64,000 nucleotides of DNA from the human T2T-CHM13v2.0 reference genome, Homo sapiens: the NCBI RefSeq assembly GCF_009914755.1, contig NC_060929.1; one strand, 5' to 3'. Of the stretch, positions 1-15,872 are shown piece after piece; positions within the stretch are counted from its first letter, which is position 1, and each line of letters begins with the position of its first letter. Under the pieces are notes generated by a model. That model was not told the origin of the DNA, searched no databases, and saw nothing but the letters and a program-made list of their open reading frames with translations. The position numbers and the translations under genes are program-made.

Positions 1-2722
<2,722 letters not shown>

Positions 2723-3325
2723 GAAAACATTATGAAGGTTTCTCAAAAGGTTAAAAGTAGAACTACTATATGTACAGGGATCCCACTACTGGGTACATAT
2801 CCAGAGGAAATAAAATCATGTTAACAAAATATCTGAACTTCCATTTCCATTGCAACATCATTCACATCATCAAGATATGGAATCAACCTAAGTATTCATC
2901 AGTGAATGAATGGATTAAAAAAATACGGAACATATACAGTGGAATATTATTCAGCCTTAAGAAAAAAAAAATCTGTCACTTACAACATGAATGAACCTGG
3001 TAGATATTACACTAAATGAGATAAGTGAGTCCCAGAAAGACAAGTACTGCATGTTCTGATTTATATGTGGAATCTAAAATAATCAAACTTACAGAAACAG
3101 AAAGTAAAGTGGTGGTTAGGGTGTGGGGAGGATGGAGAGATGTTGCTCAAACAGCACACAATTTTGGTTACACAAGAGGGGCAAAAAGGAAGTATTTAAA
3201 ATAATGGATATACTGATTGATTGGTTTAATCATCCCACATTATATACACATATTATAACATCATTGTGCATGTCATAAGTATACACAATTATAATATGTT
3301 AATATACAGTGAAACAAACAAAATC
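2723..3325 (+). mobile_element. Old L1MA-type 3' end, apparently the host of the L1PA insertion
   Basis: Diverged ORF2-end/3'UTR motifs (gatatggaatcaacctaagt, ttatatgtggaatctaaaa) begin directly after the L1PA tail. Confidence 0.8.
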
Positions 3326-3510
3326 ACACACACAATTTTCTGCTCATGGGAAGCTTCAACTCTGCTTCACCCCAGAGCCAAGTTAATCTTTCCCTGTCCT
3401 CTCAAGCTGTTTTGAAACCTGGTTGGGAGCCACACAACGTTCTCAGAAAGAATCCTCATGTCAGCAGTATACTTTTCATTCCTTCTTAATGGATTTGTAC
3501 GGTCTCAATA

Positions 3511-3639
3511 CATCAGTCTCAATAGCTGAGACTGAGATCATCAGTCTCAATAGCTGAGACTGAGATCATCAGTCTCAATAGCTGAGACTGAGATCATCAG
3601 TCTCAATAGCTGAGACTGAGATCATCAGTCTCAATAGCT
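3511..3639. repeat. 28-bp minisatellite, 4.6 identical copies (catcagtctcaatagctgagactgagat)
   Basis: Units start at 3511, 3539, 3567, 3595 and 3623 (partial); each contains a 9-bp inverted repeat. Confidence 0.97.
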
Positions 3640-4285
3640 AAGCCAAACTTCAGGTAGGGGCTATCCTCTCTCTGCAAATGGTTACAACACTACTCTGTTA
3701 CCTCTTGTGCTGAATTTATTCAGGATTTATTAATTAATAAAGCAGATAAAGTCTTATTTTAATTGTTAAGGAGAAGAAGTAGTCAGATGTTATAGTTACA
3801 ATGTCTAATGTAAAAATTTTGCGTAAGTTAATGCAATTTATTTAGCTTTAATCATTAAAGCTCCTGAATCAAAAACTTCTCAATATCCAAGTAATATTTT
3901 GTCCAAGGTCAGGTCACATGGCTAGTCCAAGTCCTACTGATAAAATGAGGAAACTGACTATAGATAACCTAACCACTTTACAAAGGTAAAATCCTAGAAT
4001 TCTATAAAATGCATTTTAATGTTATAGTGCATATTCTATTAAAGAAGAATTTGCAAAGTACCTTTTACATGACAATATATTACCTAAGCCATAAAGAAGT
4101 GCTTTTCAATAATAAATTGGAAAGCATTTTTTTAATGGCTCAGGTAGTATACTGCTATGTAAAAATCTCTTTTAAAGTATTTTAAAAGCTTAATTAAGAA
4201 ATAAATACAATTTTTAAACTCTTGTATTTGGGTTAATTTGCATAATTGTCACAATAGAAAATACAGTTTCTGACTAGGCACTTAG

Positions 4286-4666
<381 letters not shown>

Positions 4667-5703
4667 CCTCAGATTCTTTCATCCAGCCATTTTTTGTTCT
4701 TGGTAAAGTGTAAACTTGGATTAGATAGTTACCCTGGACAGTTGTACCCTAGCTGATGCTAACTTGACCAGAGAAAGTTGTTCCCCTGTCACTTGCCCAG
4801 GCTGAAAATTTATGAGCAAAATAAATGACTGCATTTTGCAAACAAATTGACTATGGTTCTTCTTGGATGTGTGATGGGTTTTAACCCTGCACTCAATATA
4901 TATTCATTGAAGGGTAATATGACCAGGCTCTGAGGACACACTGGTGAACAAGTCAGGCCTTTGTATATTCACCAATATACCCTCACATCACGCACATACC
5001 CTCACCAAACAGTACTTTTATAAATAAATACACTAAACATGTACACACATTCAAGCATGTGTGAAACTAAACAGGCAAGCAAATGTTAATTGAATAACTG
5101 ATATAAAAAGAGACTCCAAATAAAAATTTTTAAAAAATAATCCAATTCAGACTACTATGTAAAAACTTCTTTACTTCCATTACTCTCTTTTAAAATGTTA
5201 GTTTCTTCACTGATTAGAATCTCTTTTCTTTTTCTATTTCTGAAAGACTCAACAACCAATTTTCTAATCCCTGTTTTTATCTTCATTTAGACTTATTTTC
5301 ACATTGCTTTTCTCTGACTTTATTTCCAAGTCACTGACCTGGTCATGGCAAGATGGTCTGTCTTGAAGTCCTATTGTTACTAACTTCAAGTCCCAAGGTA
5401 ATCTTAAAAATTCAACAGTGTGGCTGACTGAGGTTTTATAACAAATTTTGCCTTCTGCACAAAATCCAGCAGAAGTTTTGTGGGAACGCTTTCAATGAAA
5501 TGACAAAAATATGATATAATATTTCCTTTAGACAATCAGGCACACATTTCTCAACCACACACAAATGTCATTGGTTTCTGTTGAAACAAAAGTGTTGTCA
5601 TTTTGACATCTGTACTGAATTGTTGATGTTATGTAAATTGTTTCATTTTTGTCTAAACTCTGTCTAATAGCATATATTATTAGATATTATATGACTTTAA
5701 AAG

Positions 5704-5814
5704 TATATAAATATTAAATATTATATAATTATATTATATAATTATATAATTATATAATATAATAATATAATAATTATATAATTATATAATTATTATATAA
5801 AATATTATATAATA
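5704..5814. repeat. AT-only low-complexity (TATAAT-like) repeat
   Basis: About 110 bp consisting only of A/T, with attatata units. Confidence 0.9.
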
Positions 5815-6559
5815 TTACCAAATTAATTTGGTAAAAGTGAGAATTTTCACTTTGCATTTGTTCCTCAAGTATACTTTGAATAAACAAAATCGGTTTCTCA
5901 TTTACTATAAAAAAAGAGAGTGTATACTAAATGACCTTGTTGTTTTGAAAAATAATCAAGGGGTTAGTACGTTAAGGTAAATGATAAGATTTCTGACAAG
6001 CATTTATACAAGCATATCCCATTTGTTTAAAAGATATTATGTATATGAATTAAACTTGCAATTCTATGGGGCATTACATATATTATTTATTCTTTTTCTT
6101 GAAAATAATGAAGGTAGGTTGTAAAAAGTACATAGTTTATTATTGGATAGAAAATAAAAGTCACTTAACAAAAAGCTAAGAAATTTAGATTATAATTTTA
6201 AAGCTATCACTTAGTAAATGTGTAAACTTGGATCAGATAGTTTCCCTGGACAGTTATGCAAATTTAAATAATCAGTAAATAATATAGAAATAGTGTGTCT
6301 CCAGGGAACATGGCAGACTCATTAGTGAAAGTAGACGTTCTAAACATAAAACATTTCATAAAGCATTTATACTTTTGGCTAATATACTTTTGGCTCATGT
6401 AAAAGTGAGAAAAAAATATTTCTGTGTTCCCAAAACAAAAAGGAAACACAAGAGTCTGAATTACCCTGTAGAAATAAGAAGATTGGGCTGGGTGCAGTGG
6501 CTCATGCCTACAAAAATAACAGGATATAGAGTTAAAGACAGTGCACATGTCCAGTAAGT

Positions 6560-7930
6560 GGAGAAACAATCTAAGAATTTATAAATCATAAAAGAAAGTT
6601 ACAGTCTTTATAAACTGTTCTGAATTATAGAAGATGAAATAAGAACTCTTGAAAATGACTTCAACATTGTAAAATTAAAATAGGTGAATTTGAAAAATAA
6701 CGAACAATTATTATGTTGATGAAAAGTACACACAACAAAATTACACTGAGAAGAAACATAAAACTTAAATAATAGGTTACACTGAAATAACGAAGCTGCA
6801 AAAGGAAATTAATACATTGAAAGACATAACTAAAACAGTTTTTTAAAATTCTTCAGAGATATTGAAACATAACACAAGGAAGTTAGCAATGGGGCAAAAA
6901 TAAGGTGCTTAGAAATATCTTCAATTAAAATACAAGAAGAGATAAGAGATGGAGGGCTTAACGTTGTTATTAAAATACTAGAGAAATAAAATGCATATGT
7001 GATGGCTTAGGTTTTTTTCAGAATTCAGAAAAGGTATTTTTTTCATACTGAAAAACACACTGAGTCACTAGCAGAGCAAATTTTTAAAACAAAACTATTG
7101 TATCCTTTTTCATTATCGCTTTTTGGACTCTGCTGCTTCATCCAAGTATTATTTATTTTCATGATAAATATCTAGAGGGAAAATTGTTAATAATAACTCT
7201 CATTACATTTGAGGAGTATTCATACTATTTTTACAATAAATGACAGTGATTTGGGTATGGAATTATAGTTTGACAATTATTTTTCTTAGCACTTTAAATA
7301 GATTATTCCACTGTATTTTAGTTTCTATTATTGTGTGTAAAAGTTATCGTCAGCATGACTACTTTTCAATTGTATGAAACCTGTCTATTCTCTTTTGTGT
7401 CTTTCAAGAATTTTTTCTTTATTAACCCATGAGAGAAATTTAAAGATATAATTTAATACTAAGGAAAATAATATAAGAAAGTGGAAGTGGGATGTGAGAA
7501 AAACTGACAAAAAAGGCATTGATAAAATTTGCATAAACTTTCATAATTATCAATAGAAAATACAATTATTTATATATTTTTAAAACAAATGTGGATTAAA
7601 TATCAGAAACAATACTATGCAAGATGTGAGGACACAGAGAAAGTTTCAGCTTCTTAAAATTAACTTTACTGAAAAGAAGATAAAGATATGAATTAAAATT
7701 AAACACAGAAAGGCCTAAATTAATGTAGGTATTTACTATATTTGTGGTTTAAACAGTCTAAATCATAAAGACTGATTTGAAACATTTTGTTAATTGATAT
7801 AACTCAGGAATTCTCAATAGGATTTTATTTTATAGTAAATATAACAATAGGTATATGTATACATCTTAATATATAATTCAATGTCATTTTGTACTCTTCC
7901 ATTTGTTAAAAAAAAAAGTACTAATAAGTA
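6560..7930 (+). mobile_element. Highly decayed old L1 (L1ME/HAL1-like) fragments, with an opposite-strand piece at about 7200-7420
   Basis: A-rich ORF1-like sequence and L1ME-like motifs (attttttcttagcactttaaatagattattccactg); weak similarity only. Confidence 0.45.
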
Positions 7931-7933
7931 TGA

Positions 7934-8966
7934 TCAAATTTCTCAACCTTGGCACCATTAATATCTTGGGCTGGCTAATTTTTCATTGCAGAAAACTGTC
8001 CTGTGAATTGTAGGATGTTAGCAACATCCCTAAACCCTACCTAGTACATGAAAGTAGTACACCTCAGGTGGTGGCAATCAAACCTTTGCAGACTGGGATG
8101 GCTATTATGAAGTAAAAAAACAGAAGATAAGTGTTAGTGAGGATGTGGAGAAACTGGTACCCTTGTGCATTGCTGGTGGGATGTAAAGTGGCACAAACTA
8201 TATCGAAAACAATATAGCTATTCCTCAAAAAATTAGATATAGAATTACCATATGATCCAGCAATGACACATTTGAATATACATTCAAAAGAATTGAAATC
8301 AGTCTTGAACAGACATTTGAACAGCCATGTTTCTAACAGCATTATTTACAATAGCCAAAGACAGAAACAAGTCAAGTGTTTATTGATGCATGAATGAATA
8401 AACAAATGTGGTACATACATACAAAGGAACATCATTTAGCTTTAAAAAGGAAGGAGATTTCTGACACATGCTACAACATGAATGAATTTTGTGGACATTA
8501 TGCTAAGTAAAACAAGACAGTAACAAAAGGACAATTACTGGAGGATTCTACTTATATGGAGTATGTAGAATAGTTCCTCCCATTCATAGAGACAAAAAGT
8601 AGTATAGTGATTGCCAGGGGATAGGGGAGGGAAGGGTAAGGATTTAGTGTTTATTGGATTCAGAGTTTCAGTTTAGGAAGATGAAAAGTTCTGGAGATGG
8701 GGAGTGGCGATGGCTGTACAACACTATGAATGCTCTTTTTTTATTTCTTTTAAAATAGGAGAATGCCTACAGAATGGGTGTTCTTAATACCACTGAGCTG
8801 TATACTCAAAAGTGTTTAAAAAGGTAAATTTTATGTTTTGTACATTTTAGCACAATAAAAAATAAAACTTCTAGCAAATACCCCAGAGGAAACAAAAACA
8901 AAACCAAAAATTCCCTTAATAATGCCAAATACCTCAGGGGGCATTATCCTCCCTTAAGAATCACTG
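7934..8966 (+). mobile_element. MER20 (hAT-Charlie) split by an L1MB: parts 7934-8092 and 8902-8966
   Basis: tttctcaaccttggcaccatt...ctgtcctgtgaattgtaggatgttagcaacatccct and tgccaaat...aagaatcactg match the MER20 ends; 8-bp TSD aagtatga at 7926-7933 and 8967-8974. Confidence 0.88.
8093..8866 (+). mobile_element. L1MB 3' end
   Basis: gaggatgtggagaaactgg, gaattaccatatgatccagcaat, aagatgaaaagttctggagatgg, ggtaaattttatgtt...cacaataaaaa. Confidence 0.9.
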
Positions 8967-8974
8967 AAGTATGA

Positions 8975-9550
8975 CAATATCAAGTACTTTCAAATATGTA
9001 GGAAAACATAAAACTGATGTTTTTGTTGCAAATTGTTTCAGCTTTTGGAGAGAGATTTGACAATATCTCATATATTTAAAAATGCATATACTTATTCTAT
9101 AAAACAGCAGTTGTATTCCTAAGTGTAAATTTGAAGAAATTTTCACATCTGTGCCCAAGGAGAGAGTCATAGAAATGCTCTTATCAGTGTAACTTGTATC
9201 GAAATAGCAGTGGCAACAACTTAAAGGTTCATCAACAAAACAATTTTAAATATAACCTAGTATCAATTTAACATGGAATACACTGTATTCCTACCTAAAA
9301 ACAGAATGCCACAGATAATAGATACAACAGGCACCAATAATTTAACATTTAAAATATAATAATGCTATACTATCTAGGTATTTACAAACATATATATACT
9401 TATATAGTAAAAACCTGTAGAAATGAAATTAGGTGAATGACAAATTACACATTCTAGAGTGTTTCTGTGTGTTTGATGAGTGAAGGGTGGGGAAAGGAGT
9501 TAAGATAGTGATCACAGAGTGTTATAAAGAAAATTTTAAAATTATTTGTA
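8975..9550 (+). mobile_element. L1ME-like 3' region, continuation of the host interrupted by MER20
   Basis: gacaatatcaagt..., tttggagagagatttgacaatatct, caacttaaaggttcatcaaca. Confidence 0.6.
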
Positions 9551-9611
9551 TTATTACTCAAATTCCATGGTGGATAAACAAATGCTTGCTATATCTTTAT
9601 CATGTTCATGG

Positions 9612-9860
9612 TTTTTGTTTTGTTTTATTAAGACAGGGTATCTCTGTAACCCAGCCTGGAGCGCAGTGGTGCAATCATAGCTCACGCTCCCTGGGACTAA
9701 AGGCAGGCCCCACTTGGCCTGGCTAAATTTTTTAATTTTTTGCAGAGACAGGGGTCTCACTTTTTTGCCCAGGCTGGTCTCAAACTCCTGGCTTCAAGCA
9801 ATACTCCTGATTTGGCCTCACAAAGTACTAAGATCATAAGCATGAGCCACCACACTTGGC
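9612..9860 (-). mobile_element. AluJ-like, with internal deletion
   Basis: gtgcaatcatagctcac, ggggtctcact...ttgcccaggctggtctcaaactcctggcttcaagc. Confidence 0.85.
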
Positions 9861-11296
9861 AGACTGTGATTCTAAAATACTGTAAAATGTGTTTTAGAAT
9901 GAAATAAAATACTATGTAAACAAAATCATGTCATGATTCCATAAACTTAATAGACTCTGGAACATTTTTTTATTTTGATTTTCATTAACCTGAGAAATTA
10001 TATGCAGCGTCGTATTCATTTGGTCAAATGCCATTTTATAACTCTCACATGATTTGAAATAATATGAAAACAAAACTGTTTTTATGAAAAAACATTTAAA
10101 TAAAAAGACAATTCTATGTTGTTAAGTATTTCTCTTAAGTTGTATTTACCTGTATAGTTACTAATATATTCTACTGAAGTCTATTTGCCTAGAAAATAAT
10201 ATGCTGTTCTACACATAGTTATTAAATTAAAATTAATTTATACAAAAGTTAAATAATTTTAGGAGTGAGGTTTTCAGACCTCATTTATAGCAATATGAAT
10301 AGTGATATGCACTGTATCTAAAGAACAATTGATAGTAGCATGTGTATTATGAAAGTGTAGAAAATAAGGCTCAGAAGGCTGAATACTTTATGGGGGAGAG
10401 GGGTGTTTTTGACCAGCAAACTATAGGAAATATTCTGAAGGTGTTTTTTCCTCTGTACTGTATGTTGTTAAAACTTATATCTAAAACCTCAACAAAATTT
10501 GATGGTGAGTGAGAATTGAAAATGAAAACAGTAAAAACGATTTTTCTCCAGGTTCAAAGCTGTTAGAAATTCAGGCACTGATTGATTTTGACATGCATGA
10601 CAGGTCAATATGCTATAGGTTCATAGAATAGACTGAATTTAAACTTTGGTATTTTGCCATATTTTCCTCATGTTGATAAATATCAATTTTAAATTTGTCA
10701 GATGAGAAGATGTCCTGTGCACTTGGTTGGAAAAGATACCTATTTATTTTTAAATGTCTTTCGCTCTAATATTAGATCATGAATTACTTGACAGTTGAAG
10801 ATAGCAATGCATTTTGCTGATAGAAGTTTCTGGATTGATGAAAAAAATTATGGTGTTTTGCAATTTAAAATAGTAAAAAAGAGGTCAAAGTGATTTAGAT
10901 TCTGAAGAAAAAGCCACTGTCAGAGTGAAGAATCTGTCATAAACTTCATATTATCTGCCAAGAATATTTAACTTTCACTTCAATTTCAACTTTTTAAATG
11001 ATTTTGATCAGTTAGATGTCTTATTAATACTAAACAGTACTGAATGATAAGACTGCATTACCAAATCATACACTAGGCATTGAACCACTCCATAAACTTA
11101 GTGAAAAGGTAAAGTAACTTCTATATGTGCTCTTCACATAAGCACATTTCCTCCTGTTACTTAATTTTTAACGAGTTGAATAGAAGATAAAAGTATTTCT
11201 TTTTCTCTGTCATTAGTGTAAAAATATCTGGATTTTATCCACAGGTGGAGAAAAAATAAGCAGAGAAATGAAAAATACAGCTTTAAAAATTCTATA

Positions 11297-11620
11297 GGTT
11301 GGGCGCGGTGGCTCACACCTGTAATCCCAGCACTTTGGGAGGCCGAGGCAGGCAGATCACGAGGTCAGGAGATCAAGACCATCCTGGCTAACATGGTGAA
11401 ACCCCGTCTCTACTAAAAATACAAAACAAAATTAGCCGGGCGTGGTGGCGGGCGCCTGTAATCCCAGCTACTTGGGAGGCTGAGGCAGGAGAATGGCGTG
11501 AACCTGGGAGGCGGGGCTTGCACTGAGTCTAGATCGCACCACTGCACTCCAGCCTGGGCGACACAGTGAGACTCCGCCTCAACAACAACAACAAAAGAAA
11601 AACAACGACAACAAAAGAAA
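11297..11620 (+). mobile_element. AluY, full length, with (AAC)-patterned tail
   Basis: gagatcaagaccatcctggctaac, gaatggcgtgaacc; imperfect TSD aaaaat(a)tctata. Confidence 0.95.
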
Positions 11621-11706
11621 AAAATATCTATAGATAAAACTTGTTGCTGTGGAAGTGTGTAATGGTCTAATGACTCTTAAATCTGTATCTCAGAAACATT
11701 GAGACT

Positions 11707-11937
11707 AATACCACATGTTCTCATCTATGAGTGTGAGCTAAATAATGTGTACATATGAACACAGAGTGTGAAATGATAGACGATGGAGACTCAGAAGGGT
11801 AGGGGTGGGTGGGAGACAGGTGAATGATGAGAAATTACTTAATGAGTACACTAAAAGCCTTGACTTCACCGCTACAAAATGTATCCATATAACAAAATTA
11901 TACTTCTACTCTATAAAGTTATATAAATTTTTTTAAA
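11707..11937 (+). mobile_element. L1MA 3'UTR fragment
   Basis: ataccacatgttctca...gagctaaataatgtgtacat, atgagaaattacttaatg, cactaaaagccttgacttcacc. Confidence 0.8.
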
Positions 11938-12860
11938 AAGATTTTGTATTCTATAAGAACCAATAAAATTGACCAGTTAGGTTCTTCCCTTTTCAAACTC
12001 GATCAGATATTATCAGGCTTGAACTTCAGCATGTTGGGTTCTCATCTCCTCCCATAGAATAGTTTTCTAATCAATTAATTTGTTCACATTTCTTAAAGAA
12101 AATTAAAGCATAAATGTCTCCCAATTACATATTTTTACCTTAAAAGAACTCGTAAAAGCTTAACCTTTTATCATCATAAGAAAATTCTATTTAATGAACA
12201 CATAATAACATAGAGATGAACTATTTATTTAAATACCCAGTTTAGGAAGAGTTATTCTTCTTCCTATGTAAATGGACCAGACACCATTCTGCAAATTGTT
12301 TAATAGGTTCCCTATTTATAGAGATGTAATCTATTAGTATAAAACTGTACATTGAAATTCAAAGCCCTAAGGGCATATTGAAATCTACTTGTCCATTTTT
12401 GTGTTTCCAAGTACTTACCAAAGTAGAAACAGATCAGCTATGTAATAATAAAATAAGATTGTTTGATCTGATTTTATTATTCACTCACTCCTTCATTTCA
12501 CTGAGTAGTCTTTATACAATTTCTCCTAAACAGAGAAAATCACACATGAACAAAACAGATGAAAAACTTGACGAGTGAAAGTCTTTCTCCCGTTGTTACA
12601 TTTACATAATATTTTCTTTTTAAAAATATATATCCCTATATATCACTTCAATAACAGATTTGAAACCATCACCAACAATGGACTTATCATTGTCAAACTC
12701 AATGACTTTCTGTCATCAAGCTTTATCTCTTTGTTTCACTTTTTCCTCTCTCATCTGCTTTCTCATAAAATTCCTATTACTTCTCTGCCTATTTCATTTA
12801 TCTCTGCTTAGTCAACGTTCCTCTATTCATCTCTTACATAGAAATGTACCAAGTGTGTCC

Positions 12861-13025
12861 CAGTACTTTAGATTCTACTGCGATTATTATGAAAAAATAA
12901 CTTACAAAATTCATTTGCATAGACACAGGTTCAGTAAGTCCAAAGAATTGCAGAAATATGCTTTTTAAAAATATCACAGGAGATTCTGATAGTTAATAAT
13001 AGGACCCCACTTTGAGAGAAAACGT
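12861..13025. mobile_element. MER5-like hAT fragment
   Basis: cacaggagattctgat...ggaccccactttgagagaa resembles the MER5 terminus. Confidence 0.5.
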
Positions 13026-13413
13026 CTTAAAAGTAGAAATAATTTAAAAAGTTTTTATTTCAAATATGATCCTTTGTTATTCTGTGTATTTCAAATTAAT
13101 TTTTAAAATCCATAAAACTATACGTATTAGAAATCTGTTAAATATCTGTCAAGTGCAAGCCAATCTTATTTAATTTCATGGCTCTAACTTTATTTTCATT
13201 GCTCTAAAATGTGGACAGCACAAAAAAACATTCATTGGGTACATAGTAAATATTTTTGAATAATTATATGAATAAATGCATGATTTGATCTTAAGCTAAA
13301 GTTTTCCACTGATCTTTAAACTCAATACCTAGTATTTATCTTTCTCTATTTGGCATTTTTAATGACATCTAAGATAGAAATCCATCCAAACTGCATAGAA
13401 CAGAATAGGGGAT

Positions 13414-13880
13414 TGTTAAAAAAAAAATTCTTCAATGAGAATTCTTAAAGCACTGGAAGGCAGATTTTATTCAGGACCATTGTGATAGGTATAAAGACCA
13501 TTGCACAGGAGAGAGATTGGGCTCAACTCCTAATGTAGATAGCATGGCCAAATGGGAATTTATAGCCAAGAAGCACGGTAAAGGTCAAAGTATGGAAAAT
13601 CACTAAGAGGAAATATCAAAGGTAACAGGAATTCTGGATAAGCTGACCTAATAAGATTGTAACTGAAGACAGGCCAGGGTGATCAGCCATCACCTGGAGG
13701 ATAAAGGATGAGAAATCTAATGAGGTATGGTGATCTGCTGGTGATCAGATATTGATTGGATTAGCTGGATTCTTTAGCTGGGTTCTTAGCTAAATTTGTT
13801 TTTACAAAAAATTTGCCAGTTGGGTCTAGAAGAGGCTCAAGAACCTGACTAATATTTAGCTATGCAAAGAATTTTTGTCA
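13414..13880 (-). mobile_element. MER31 solo LTR (ERV1)
   Basis: TG...CA ends; 4-bp TSD ggat at 13410-13413 and 13881-13884; gagagattgggctcaactcc and gggaatttatagccaag motifs. Confidence 0.88.
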
Positions 13881-15457
13881 GGATATAAATAGATACCCAA
13901 ACAAAAATAGATTGATGGGAAAAATCAAAGTAGTATACATTTTTTTAAATTGTTAAATCTAATTTTTAAATTTGTTTTTAAAAATCAGTATTAGTGTTCC
14001 CAAATTTTCAGATGATTCCTGCATCTCACAATTCATTTTTTCTTTGTTTTTACATAAATTTTTAATATCAAGGAAGGGGTTTTGCAAAATTTCATGAACA
14101 GGGAAACAATGGCATGTGGGCAATTTGACAAAAGGGCATTGACTTATTTATATAAGACCTAATTGTTATACACAGATGGTAGCTGAGTCATACATTGATA
14201 TACACTCATTGAAAATGCTGCATGAGAAAAATAAGAATAAATAGAAATAAATTGGTAGTTATTATTTTCCTATAATTCTATGCAATTTCTCAGAAACAAA
14301 TCTGCAAAACAGAATCAGCAAAAATGAGTTTTTCAATATGATTTGGGAAGAAAATTGCCAGCTAGAACTCTATTTAAAAAATTACTAAGGGTCCTAACTT
14401 AAACCCGAACTGTGAAACAATTATACTTCTGAATCTTGTTACTTTCAGCATGATAATATTATTTCATTCTGAATGTATCTCTTCTTTCTGAGTGTGACAT
14501 GATTTTGGATATCCTAATAGAATTTGTTAGAGTTATTTCCTTGGAATTTTTGGAGTATCAAGAATCTGGAGATGTGTCTATTTCATACCCAGGTACGTTA
14601 TAACCACATGCCAGGCTGCATTAAACAATAACACAACTCTTGTGACTGCACCTTCCCCTAGTAAGCAGAAATTCCAGTAATAGCTCTCCATTCTGTCTTC
14701 TTAAATGATTTCACCTTATCTGTAGAGACTATAGAGACCATATGCAATCCTTCGATTTTGCTTAGTAATTCATAATGGCCCCCAAAAAGGAGTGGGAGAT
14801 AGGTGGCAGGAAATAAAAGACCATAAGATAGGTTGGTGCTAAAGATTATGCTATTCAAGAAGCTTATAAAGGAGAAAATGTGCAACATGTTTCCTCATGA
14901 AATGAAATTTTTTCATTGTAAGTGGATTTACACATACATATACTTACACTCAGAGGCTGGGAATCAAAATGAGAAAATGATAATTAAAATGAGAAAATGA
15001 TTACACAGAAAAAGCATAATTTTAAAAAATTTTTCAATCTTATGGCATTGTTTCTAATATCTAAATTTGAAAAATGATTCAAGACTGTCTCTTTTATTGT
15101 TCTTTGCTGATCAAGGGTGATAAAACATCCTAAGTTATTGCCATAGAAAAAAATATTATCTTAAAAATAATCTCAGTTAGTCATAAATGGTAAATACTGA
15201 TAGACTGAACAGATAAATTGTAAAATAACTTAGATAATTGTATTACTATATCCGATGTGAGGGAAACTTCCTTGGGTTTATGATGCACCAAAAAATAAAC
15301 AAGATTTGAGTGATAATTAAACATATGATTCCATTCAAAAACACTGTTTACTTAGTAAAATTAGGTTAAAAGTTTCCTTGCTAATTATATAAGAAGCCTG
15401 TGAGAAAAGCTGAGTTAGCTGGCACCACATTTACAATTTCATTACAACACCATTATA

Positions 15458-15621
15458 TTTTTCTTTATCTTTCCTTCTTTCTCTTTTTTCTTCATTTTCT
15501 TTCTTCTTCCCTTTCTTGCTTCTGTCTTCCTTTCTTCCCTTCTTTCTTCATCCTTCCCTTCCTCTCTTTCTTCCTTCCTCCCTTCTTCACTTTTTCTTCT
15601 TTCTCTTTCTTCCTTTCTTTT
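15458..15621. repeat. Polypyrimidine (TTTC/TTCC) low-complexity tract
   Basis: About 160 bp almost entirely C/T. Confidence 0.9.
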
Positions 15622-15872
15622 ACATTTTAGTTCCTGTTTTAAATTGAGACACACCTATGATTTTTCTAAAACTTCTGTTTCTACTACTCTGCCACTGTTA
15701 CTAAGACCAAACATAGATTTTATTCATTGTGGTTCTTTTGTTTCAAATAATAAACACTAAAAATACTTATGCAAAATGATTCTACAAGCTCATCTATCAT
15801 AACAAAAGTCTAGAAGGAATCTAGTCCTTACTTAGAAAAAAACCAAAGCCAAAAAAATTAAATGGTGTGAGG

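Noticed and set aside
3511-3639. CRISPR-like 28-bp palindromic repeats
   Set aside because: Units are contiguous with no unique spacers, no cas genes are present, and the context is primate DNA
10540-10610. Possible small exon (tttttctccag|...gacag|gtcaat)
   Set aside because: Weak donor and no supporting frame or partner exon
15400-15654. Hydrophobic and Lys/Glu/Arg-rich ORFs
   Set aside because: Translations of a polypyrimidine/polypurine low-complexity tract
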